32,000 nt of DNA. Origin: Pirellula staleyi DSM 6068. Its GTDB lineage: Bacteria; Planctomycetota; Planctomycetia; Pirellulales; Pirellulaceae. Position numbers and translations under genes: made by a program. The notes under the pieces were generated by a model. That model made no database searches. It worked only from the letters and a program-made list of their open reading frames with translations, and was not told the origin of the DNA. The stretch covers positions 1,860,001 to 1,892,000 of the forward strand of contig CP001848.1 in the NCBI GenBank assembly GCA_000025185.1. Reading direction: 5' to 3'. Shown piece after piece: positions 1 to 6,596 of the stretch. Every line of letters starts with the position of its first letter. Positions within the stretch are counted from its first letter, which is position 1.

Positions 1-1
1 C

Positions 2-925
2 ATCCACCGGACCAACACCTACGCTTCGGAAACTCCCGTGACCGACGGCGAGCGGCTGTATGTTTACTTCGGCATGACCGGGCTCTATTGCTACGATCTC
101 GCCGGCAAAGAGCTTTGGAAAAAAGACCTCGGCACGTACGAAATGCAGAACGGCTGGGGAACCGGCAGCTCGCCAGCGGTCGACGATAAGCGGCTCTACA
201 TCCAGTGCGATAACGAGGAGAAATCGTTCCTCGTTGCCTTGGACAAAACCGATGGCAAAGTGCTGTGGCAAAAGGATCGGGATGAGAAGTCGAACTGGTC
301 GACCCCGTATCTCTGGAAGAACAAGCTGCGGACCGAGCTGGTGACCGGTGGTGGCAACAAGATGCGTTCGTATAACCCCGAAACGGGCGAGCTGCTGTGG
401 GAGTGTGGTGGCGGTGTCAGCCGCTGCTCGGCCACCCCGGTGGGCAACGACGACATGCTGTTCGTCGGCACCGGCGGGGGACAAGGTTCGGGACCACTCC
501 TGGCCATCAAAGCGGGAGCCAAGGGGGACATCAGCCTCTCGGGAACCGATAGCTCAAGCGACTTCGTCGCCTGGAGCGTCGAACGGGGTGGACCACCGAT
601 GGCCTCGCCGCTGCTCTATCAGGGGCTGCTGTATGTCCTCGATCAGCGCGGCGGTGTGATCACCTGCTACGACGCTGCCACCGGCAAACAGCATTACAAA
701 GAACGTCTTCCCGGCGCCACCGGTTTCTATTCCTCGCCGTGGGCCTGCGGCGACACGGTCTATGTGATGGATCAAGAGGGAACAGCGTTTGTGCTGAAGG
801 CTGGCCCAACGCTCGAAGTGCTGCAGACCAACAAGCTCGGCGAGATGTTTTGGTCGAGCGTTTGCGTGGCCGACGGCAGCTTGATCCTGCGAGGCATCGA
901 CAACATCTACTGCATCAAGCCCTAA
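2..925 (+). CDS. PQQ-like / BamB-like beta-propeller repeat protein, 5'-truncated by the window edge
   Basis: The frame is open from nt 2 with no stop before the GTG at 38, so the CDS enters from upstream. Blade-like units recur: LYCYDLAGKELWKKDLG, LVALDKTDGKVLWQ, MRSYNPETGELLWE, ITCYDAATGKQHY, ILRGIDNIYCI. Stop TAA at 923-925. Confidence 0.7.
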   Translation: MHRTNTYASETPVTDGERLYVYFGMTGLYCYDLAGKELWKKDLGTYEMQNGWGTGSSPAVDDKRLYIQCDNEEKSFLVALDKTDGKVLWQKDRDEKSNWSTPYLWKNKLRTELVTGGGNKMRSYNPETGELLWECGGGVSRCSATPVGNDDMLFVGTGGGQGSGPLLAIKAGAKGDISLSGTDSSSDFVAWSVERGGPPMASPLLYQGLLYVLDQRGGVITCYDAATGKQHYKERLPGATGFYSSPWACGDTVYVMDQEGTAFVLKAGPTLEVLQTNKLGEMFWSSVCVADGSLILRGIDNIYCIKP

Positions 926-950
926 GCTACGAACGATAGCGCATGAAAAA

Positions 951-988
951 ACGCAAGGTGGAAAGCTGAAGAGCGTTCCACCTTGCGT
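951..988. terminator. Bidirectional intrinsic terminator between convergent genes
   Basis: A perfect 13-bp inverted repeat, acgcaaggtggaa (951-963) / ttccaccttgcgt (976-988), has a 12-nt loop. The A-run at 946-950 gives a U-tract on the minus-strand transcript, and 'cgtttat' follows on the plus strand. It lies between the stops at 925 (+) and 1033 (-). Confidence 0.7.
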
Positions 989-1032
989 CGTTTATCGGCC
1001 GAAGTTTGCGAGCAGTTCGAGCGCGTCCGGCA

Positions 1033-2520
1033 CTAGAACTCGAGCTGATACTTCTGCGACATCACTTGGCGAACCTTGGCGGTTTCGTTGTCCATCTCGG
1101 CGAAGATGGCGCGGGCCGTGGTGGCTCCTTGAGCCTTCTGCTCGGCACCAATCGCGCGACGCTGACCGGCGACGTTGTTCCACTGCACGGTATAGTCGTA
1201 GCCCCCACCCCAGAAGCCGCCGTAGCTGCTCCCCGAGGTGGTGTACTCTTGATAAACCTGCGCCTTCATCGCCGCGCTGTTAATGCCAATTCCCTTGAGC
1301 GCGGTCGAAGCATCGCGCATCCGCTGCGTGGTGTAGCGGCCGTAGGCGAGCATTTCCGGATCGACGTTCAGCACCGGCAAGCGATCGATACGACGAGCCC
1401 AGTTGTCGAGCCACATCGCGTTTTGGCCAAGGGTCTTCGAGCTCGACGATTCACGCCGCGCATCGTCACGAATCGCGGTAATCGCCTTGAAATACTGCTG
1501 GGTCGAGAGCGCCACGCGGCTCGCTTCCGGAAGCTGCGACTGCGAGCGCGACTTGTTCGCCGCAATCAGAGCGGCTGTTGGGTGATCGATCAGCGTGAGG
1601 ACACGCTTGCGACCTTCGCGCGACATCGGGCCGTGGAAGCTGAAGCGGTTGGCCTCGGTGCTGGCGGTCCATGTTTCAATATCGTCGATCATCAGCCCCA
1701 GGTTCGTGAGCGCCTCGATCAAAATCGGCTTGGCGTAAGGGGCGAGGATCGTTGCATCTTGATTGAAGTGCACCATCAAGCGGCCGAACGATTCGTCGGT
1801 CACCGCCATCTCGAGCACCACACCCCGCAGGCTGGCCAGTGCCTGAGCAGCGGCATCCATGTCGACATTCTTGCCCGAGAGTGCGCTGCTGCCAGCGAGC
1901 TTCATCTTTAGGATCGAAGCGGGAACAGCATCCTCGAGATCAAACGCCACCACCACCTGGCTCGTCTCCGAGGCTTTGAGGGTCCCCATCAGGTAGGGCG
2001 AAAGTTTCGGCTCGGTTTGCGTGCTGACATCGCGAATCCAGCGCGACACCGTTTGACGATTGGCGGGGGCCATCACGCCGAGCCGCATCGTGTCGAGCTG
2101 CACGCAGTACGAATCGTCGCTGAGTGCCACCGCTTGCAGCGAGCCGATCTGATCGAGCGTGCCACCTGCTTCGCGAGCGATCTCGGCGATCGTGTGCCCG
2201 GTGCTGTAGTCGGCCAAGGCCACTTCCCACAGCGGACGCATCGTTTGATAGTCCATTTGAGCGGCCAGAATCATCTGCTTGGTGTCGGGGGCGATCGTCA
2301 CCAGCCCCGAAGCAAACGCTTGTTCGTACTTGAGCTTCCAACCCTCTTTTTCCGCGAGGGGGCTGGCCATGATCTTCTCGGTATCGAGCAGCACAATAGC
2401 ATTGGCGCTACCAGGAACCTTGGCTGCCAGCGATTCGAACTGTGCCTCGGCACGTTCAGCACTGGCCAGCAGCAGCGCAGCAGCGAGGAGAAGGGTGGGA
2501 ATCAAGTGCGAGCGGAGCAT
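1033..2520 (-). CDS. Secreted hypothetical protein (about 495 aa), family not recognised
   Basis: This is the longest ORF on either strand here. The ATG at 2520 is preceded by an SD-like 'gaggc' and yields the signal peptide MLRSHLIPTLLLAAALLLASAERAEA|Q. The ORF-track start at 2553 is a GTG that adds 11 aa. Stop TAG at 1033-1035. Confidence 0.7.
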   Translation of the reverse strand: MLRSHLIPTLLLAAALLLASAERAEAQFESLAAKVPGSANAIVLLDTEKIMASPLAEKEGWKLKYEQAFASGLVTIAPDTKQMILAAQMDYQTMRPLWEVALADYSTGHTIAEIAREAGGTLDQIGSLQAVALSDDSYCVQLDTMRLGVMAPANRQTVSRWIRDVSTQTEPKLSPYLMGTLKASETSQVVVAFDLEDAVPASILKMKLAGSSALSGKNVDMDAAAQALASLRGVVLEMAVTDESFGRLMVHFNQDATILAPYAKPILIEALTNLGLMIDDIETWTASTEANRFSFHGPMSREGRKRVLTLIDHPTAALIAANKSRSQSQLPEASRVALSTQQYFKAITAIRDDARRESSSSKTLGQNAMWLDNWARRIDRLPVLNVDPEMLAYGRYTTQRMRDASTALKGIGINSAAMKAQVYQEYTTSGSSYGGFWGGGYDYTVQWNNVAGQRRAIGAEQKAQGATTARAIFAEMDNETAKVRQVMSQKYQLEF

Positions 2521-3201
2521 GATGAGCCTCGTGACGACAAACGCGCGCGGCACTAGCCATCTACAGAAGGGCTAAGGAATTCCGGCCATCGCGCGGCCCT
2601 TGATTCTAGTTGCGACCACCCCCGATGATCAAACGAAATCCTGGCTCCAGCCGTTCCTCCTCAAAACCGACCAACCCCCACCAATTACCACTCCTGTGAC
2701 ACCCTGTCACACTCCGCCACTCGTCCGCAAATCCTCACCACCCCGCCTTCAGCCTCCAGAGAGGAAACAATCACGAGTTTGGGATGGACCATATTTGCAT
2801 CGTAAGGAGACGGGTGTGATTCCGTACGTGGCTGGGGTGAGGAATTCGTTTAAAAGATGTAAATGCAGATGTGAGGTAGTTGCTCGAGGAGTCCTGCGAA
2901 CTGGCAAATAGATAATGCGTCCAAATGTCACAAAAGTACAGTGGACAGCAATCGAAACCTTGAATCCACGAGAATTTCACACTACAACACTAAAAGTTAG
3001 TGACCAAGGGCCAATCAACGCGCTTCATACTCATTTTTTATTGCGAATTCTCGCTCGCATTGAACTATGGCCAACGCAATTATTTCTCTGAAGATTCGTT
3101 GAGCTTAGTAAATGAATGATTTTTGTTCCTGCGCAACCCTATACAAGCATCAAAGAGCCTAAAACTCTAACGCAAATTATCCCCACAAAAAAGGACGCGT
3201 A

Positions 3202-4911
3202 ATGGCTACGATTGATGGAATTCAAATCTCGCGAGAAGGTATCGGTCATGCAATTGCCGACAACTATCTCGCAGTGCCGGTTTATCAACGTTCCTATGCG
3301 TGGGAGGAATCACATGTGGAGGACCTGTTTCACGATCTGGCGACAGCAATCGCAAATTCTGAGAGCGAGTATTTTCTGGGTTCAATAGTGGTGACGAATG
3401 ATCCAAACGGTATTCCAGAGGTGGTGGATGGTCAGCAGCGACTCGCTACTACTATCGTACTCCTTGCCGCAATTAGGGATTATTTTTCCAACAACAAGGA
3501 TCAAAAGCGGGCTGATGGGATTGAGCATAAGTTTCTGATGTCAACAGACCTGCGCAGTCAGGAAATAGTTCCTAGGATGAAACTGAATGAGACCGATAAC
3601 GACTACTTCAAGAGTCGGGTCCTGCTTAAGCCGGACGATCCGGTACGCAAAGAGCATCAGAAGGCCATACCCAACAAAGACTCTCATCGTAAACTGCATG
3701 CTGCGGCAAAAATTGCAGCACAGCAGGTGAATAATATTGTCAAGCAATACAAAGAGTCTGATCGTGGAGACAGATTGATCGATTGGGTGGATTACCTTTG
3801 TGAGAAGGCGCGTGTAATTTGGGTGACAGTACCTGATCATTCAAATGCATTCGTAATTTTTGAAACACTGAATGATCGCGGGCTTGAGCTTTCAATCTCC
3901 GACCTTCTAAAAAATTATCTGTTCGGACGATCTGGCGATCGAATCAAGGAGGTGCAGCAACGATGGGCATCAATGACTGGCGCTCTAGAGACAGTAAGCA
4001 GTGAGGGAATTAGCGTACTTTATATTAAACACTTGTGGGCTTCTATGTATGGACCCGTAAGAGAAAAGCACTTGTATACAAAGATACGCGAGCAAGTTAA
4101 GAATAAGCAAGGTGCGATTGACTTAGCTACTAATCTTTCTGAGAATGCCACTTGCTATGCGGCTATTCTCAATCCTAGTCACGAGCTTTGGAACTCGTAT
4201 GGTACTAGTGCCCGAAAGCATGTCGAAACACTTCGATCTCTGCGTGCAGAGCAATTGAGACCTTTGGTTCTTGCTGTTGTGAAGTCCTTTTCTGAAAATG
4301 AAGCAAAAAAAGCCCTGAAGCTTTTCGTGTGCTGGGCCGTAAGGTTTCTAATTGTCGGTGGGCACGGAGGCGGTGTGATGGAAAAGGCCTATGCAGAGCG
4401 AGCTTTGGAGGTTCGAAACGATTCTATCAAAAACACTAAGCAACTTGCCAAGGCTATGCTTGAGGTAATTCCATCCGATGCTGCTTTTGAGTCAGCCTTT
4501 GCTAGTGCCCGAGTTTCCCAGGCGAATCTTGCCCGCTACTATCTCCGTGCGATTGAATTGAAGAAACGAAAAGTTGCAGAGCCTGAACTAGTTCCGAATT
4601 CCGAAGAAGAAGTCATTAATCTTGAGCACGTGCTGCCAGCGACCCCGCAGACGAAATGGAAGGGTTTTACTCCCGAAATTGCTGATGCATATTACAAGCG
4701 TATTGGCAATCTTTGCCTTCTTAAGGCGACGGCAAATTCCCTTATAGGGAACTCGCCATTCTCTCAAAAGGTCAAGGTGTATGCCCAGTCCGAATTTGAG
4801 CTAACATCTTCTATTTCTAAAAATAATGAGTGGACTGTCGATACAATAGCTAAGCGGCAACTGGAACTTGCTAAGCTGGCAGTAGAAACGTGGCCTATAG
4901 TAGTCAAGTAA
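3202..4911 (+). CDS. DUF262 + DUF1524 protein (GmrSD-family type IV restriction endonuclease-like)
   Basis: The N-terminus carries the DUF262 signatures 'PVYQRSYAWEESHVEDLFHDL' and 'VVDGQQRLATTIVLLAAI'. The C-terminus carries DUF1524 His-Me-finger-like signatures 'NLEHVLPATP' and 'IGNLCLLKATANSLIGNSPFSQK'. The ATG at 3202 has AGGA about 8 nt upstream. Stop TAA at 4909-4911. The gene is markedly AT-richer than its neighbours. Confidence 0.85.
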   Translation: MATIDGIQISREGIGHAIADNYLAVPVYQRSYAWEESHVEDLFHDLATAIANSESEYFLGSIVVTNDPNGIPEVVDGQQRLATTIVLLAAIRDYFSNNKDQKRADGIEHKFLMSTDLRSQEIVPRMKLNETDNDYFKSRVLLKPDDPVRKEHQKAIPNKDSHRKLHAAAKIAAQQVNNIVKQYKESDRGDRLIDWVDYLCEKARVIWVTVPDHSNAFVIFETLNDRGLELSISDLLKNYLFGRSGDRIKEVQQRWASMTGALETVSSEGISVLYIKHLWASMYGPVREKHLYTKIREQVKNKQGAIDLATNLSENATCYAAILNPSHELWNSYGTSARKHVETLRSLRAEQLRPLVLAVVKSFSENEAKKALKLFVCWAVRFLIVGGHGGGVMEKAYAERALEVRNDSIKNTKQLAKAMLEVIPSDAAFESAFASARVSQANLARYYLRAIELKKRKVAEPELVPNSEEEVINLEHVLPATPQTKWKGFTPEIADAYYKRIGNLCLLKATANSLIGNSPFSQKVKVYAQSEFELTSSISKNNEWTVDTIAKRQLELAKLAVETWPIVVK

Positions 4912-4938
4912 TGATGTTGGGCTTAAATCAGTTTTAAC

Positions 4939-4965
4939 TGTCAGGTACGAGCTTACCTGGCCGAC
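4939..4965 (-). repeat. Degenerate REP-like hairpin copy between convergent stops
   Basis: tgtcaggtacgagcttacctggccgac resembles tgtcaggtacggagtacctgacctac (6014-6039), with one indel and a few mismatches. The stem caggta/tacctg is retained. The GTAG-type head is degenerate ('gtcgg' on the minus strand). Confidence 0.5.
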
Positions 4966-4994
4966 TGGATGAAGAGAAACTTGTAGATGGTCTT

Positions 4995-5660
4995 TTAGGA
5001 GCCTACGAAAACGTCGATCCAGTATTTGTCGGAGTTGTCGTCCCAGCGTACGACAGCTTGTGCACCGCGAAGCCACAGCTCGAGCTGCGGCTGATAGGGA
5101 TCGAGGCGACGAATCTCGTCGGGGCAAAATGGCGTGAGGCAATATCCTTGGACTTCAAAGCTCGCCGCGAGGGTATACAGCGCTTCCCGAAGAAAGTGCA
5201 TCGCTTCGCTCTCCGGGCCCCGTCCGTCGAAGGCAAAGCCAATGTAGAGATCCCCCAATTCTTCGACCAAGGGAGCCGCCTGCTGAGATTCTTCGCGGGT
5301 GATGGCCCGTCTTTTTATATGGACGGGGTAGCTGGGAGGATCGATTTCGCAGCACTCGCATCCCCGCGCGATCGACTCGGTCACCAAGGCACGCAGCTCG
5401 TCGTCGGTGGAGTCGACGGGGGCGGGTATCAGATAGATGCCATCGTATTGTTTCGCAGCATCGATGCAGCGTGTGACCCGCGCAAGTAGCTCGTCGCCAC
5501 AAGGGAGCGGCGCGAAGGCGCTCGCTAAGCGATCGGGATAACGCCGGAGATCTGCCAGAACGCCAGCCATATCGTCCGGTTCGTTGAACGGTGGTAGGTC
5601 GGGCTCGTCGAGCAGTCGGTGCCAAAGAGCAAGCCATTCACGGACCGATTCTTCAGCCAT
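4995..5660 (-). CDS. Hypothetical protein (about 221 aa), Cys-rich patch, no recognised family
   Basis: The ORF runs 4995..5879. I prefer the internal ATG at 5660 (MAEESVREWLALW...) because the GTG at 5879 lies inside a REP-like repeat (5864-5893). Codon usage is G+C-rich like core genes. Stop TAA at 4995-4997. The start is uncertain because the SD is weak. Confidence 0.5.
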   Translation of the reverse strand: MAEESVREWLALWHRLLDEPDLPPFNEPDDMAGVLADLRRYPDRLASAFAPLPCGDELLARVTRCIDAAKQYDGIYLIPAPVDSTDDELRALVTESIARGCECCEIDPPSYPVHIKRRAITREESQQAAPLVEELGDLYIGFAFDGRGPESEAMHFLREALYTLAASFEVQGYCLTPFCPDEIRRLDPYQPQLELWLRGAQAVVRWDDNSDKYWIDVFVGS

Positions 5661-5863
5661 GTTGCCAGCGCTTTCATTCTCCACGAAGGGATTGTCGAAC
5701 GAGCCCGGTCTCGTTCGAGCCCAGCAGATTTCACGCGTGGCGTTTATTCTGCAGATCGTGGGTGGGGAGTCAATGAAATAGCAGCGACGCGCAGGCTTGC
5801 TCTGGGAGGGGCCTTGGTCGACTTCGTCAAACCCGGTAGCGGACCTACCGAGGGTATCCTGCA

Positions 5864-5893
5864 GTAGGTCCGGCTGCACCGGACAAGAGGTGC
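5864..5893 (+). repeat. REP-like element, variant C, copy 1 (GTAGG + tccgg/ccgga hairpin)
   Basis: gtaggtccggctgcaccggacaagaggtgc matches 6225-6254 at 27 of 30 positions. It has a 5' GTAGG followed by the palindrome gtccgg-ctgca-ccggac. Confidence 0.7.
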
Positions 5894-5916
5894 TATGAGA
5901 GCAAATCCCAATTCTT

Positions 5917-5942
5917 GTAGGTCAGGTACTCTGTACCTGACA
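5917..5942 (+). repeat. REP-like element, variant A, head on the plus strand
   Basis: gtaggtcaggtactctgtacctgaca has GTAGG followed by the 9-bp stem gtcaggtac/gtacctgac (5921-5929 / 5933-5941). It is the reverse-orientation copy of 6014-6039. Confidence 0.75.
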
Positions 5943-6010
5943 GATCTTGGTCCCTGGCTATAACAAGAAGTGTTAGGCTCTCATTAAAAAATCACAATTG
6001 AGGCCCCGTC

Positions 6011-6043
6011 TTTTGTCAGGTACGGAGTACCTGACCTACCAAT
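6011..6043 (-). repeat. REP-like element, variant A, head on the minus strand (copy 1 of an identical 33-mer)
   Basis: ttttgtcaggtacggagtacctgacctaccaat is identical (33/33) to 6424-6456. The stem is 6015-6023 / 6027-6035, followed by 'ctac' (GTAG on the minus strand). Confidence 0.85.
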
Positions 6044-6087
6044 ACTATCCCGACCGGTGGCGACCGAGCGGACACTCGTGTTTTGAT

Positions 6088-6177
6088 CCCAGGTTGCTCG
6101 CAGTCTGGGCCGACGAAGTCGGCAAGAGGCGATTAAGTAGCAAGCCTCTTGTGAACCCAGTTTGCGAGCAAACTGGG
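6088..6177. other. Array of four consecutive stem-loops (possible structured RNA or hairpin debris)
   Basis: - P1: cccag (6088-6092) / ctggg (6105-6109).
- P2: ccgac-gaa-gtcgg (6110-6122).
- P3: caagaggc (6123-6130) / gcctcttg (6144-6151).
- P4: cccagtttg-cgag-caaactggg (6156-6177).

P1 and P4 are diverged copies of one 22-nt palindrome. Confidence 0.4.
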
Positions 6178-6224
6178 GTGAAGAGGAGCGGGAGAAGATG
6201 GTCTGCACCGGTGGCTTCAGCTTT

Positions 6225-6254
6225 GTAGGACCGGCTGCACTGGACAAGAGGCGC
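6225..6254 (+). repeat. REP-like element, variant C, copy 2
   Basis: gtaggaccggctgcactggacaagaggcgc matches 5864-5893 at 27 of 30 positions. Its stem is partly degraded. Confidence 0.65.
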
Positions 6255-6315
6255 AAGGCAGGGCCAAAACAGCGTTGAACTGCGCCGAGCACCGGCACCC
6301 TGTCCAGGAAGCCAG

Positions 6316-6377
6316 AAACGCCACACGAGAATGGCACGCCTTAGCGCTGTCAGGTTCCCTTTGGGCACCTGACCTAC
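6316..6377 (-). repeat. 62-nt repeat module B, copy 1 (ends in a REP-like hairpin + ctac)
   Basis: aaacgccacacgagaatggcacgccttagcgctgtcaggttccctttgggcacctgacctac matches 6461-6522 at 55 of 62 positions. The hairpin is gtcaggt (6349-6355) / acctgac (6367-6373). Confidence 0.8.
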
Positions 6378-6423
6378 GCGTCGGTGTAGCGATCAATATC
6401 ATGTTCAATGGGTGCCCAGCGAG

Positions 6424-6456
6424 TTTTGTCAGGTACGGAGTACCTGACCTACCAAT
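6424..6456 (-). repeat. REP-like element, variant A (copy 2 of the identical 33-mer)
   Basis: It is identical to 6011-6043. The stem is 6428-6436 / 6440-6448. Confidence 0.85.
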
Positions 6457-6460
6457 GCTA

Positions 6461-6522
6461 AAACGCCACACGAGAAAGGCATGCCTTAGCGCCGTCTGGT
6501 TCCCTGCGGGCACCAGACCTAC
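6461..6522 (-). repeat. 62-nt repeat module B, copy 2
   Basis: It matches 6316-6377 at 55 of 62 positions. The hairpin is gtctggt (6494-6500) / accagac (6512-6518). Relative to copy 1, the a->t change at 6497 is matched by a t->a change at 6515, which preserves the pairing. Confidence 0.8.
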
Positions 6523-6596
6523 ATTATTAAAACGATCTAATAAGATATTAGAAGGTTGGTGGTTAGGAGGTGTGTGTTATAGAGGTTTAATGGTTG

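Noticed and set aside
1006-1911. A 301-aa plus-strand ORF overlapping the 1033..2520 gene.
   Set aside because: It is a shadow ORF. It is shorter than the minus-strand ORF, lacks a plausible start context, and would run through the bidirectional terminator region. The minus-strand product has a clean signal peptide.
2695-2711. The palindrome tgtgacaccctgtcaca, which resembles a CRP/FNR-type TGTGA-N6-TCACA site.
   Set aside because: The spacer is 7 nt rather than 6. It is a single occurrence and no cognate regulator is evident. It may simply be a small hairpin in the C-rich border region.
5984-6513. ORFs 5984-6337 (-), 6045-6368 (-), 6217-6513 (-) and 5998-6228 (+) inside the repeat cluster.
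   Set aside because: They overlap each other in different frames and are composed of the repeat units themselves. Similar peptide fragments recur simply because the DNA repeats. There is no start context.
5860-6525. The repeat cluster considered as a CRISPR array.
   Set aside because: The repeats belong to several sequence variants and occur in both orientations. Their spacings are irregular, from 4 to about 270 nt. No cas genes or leader are present. The GTAG-plus-palindrome layout fits REP elements instead.
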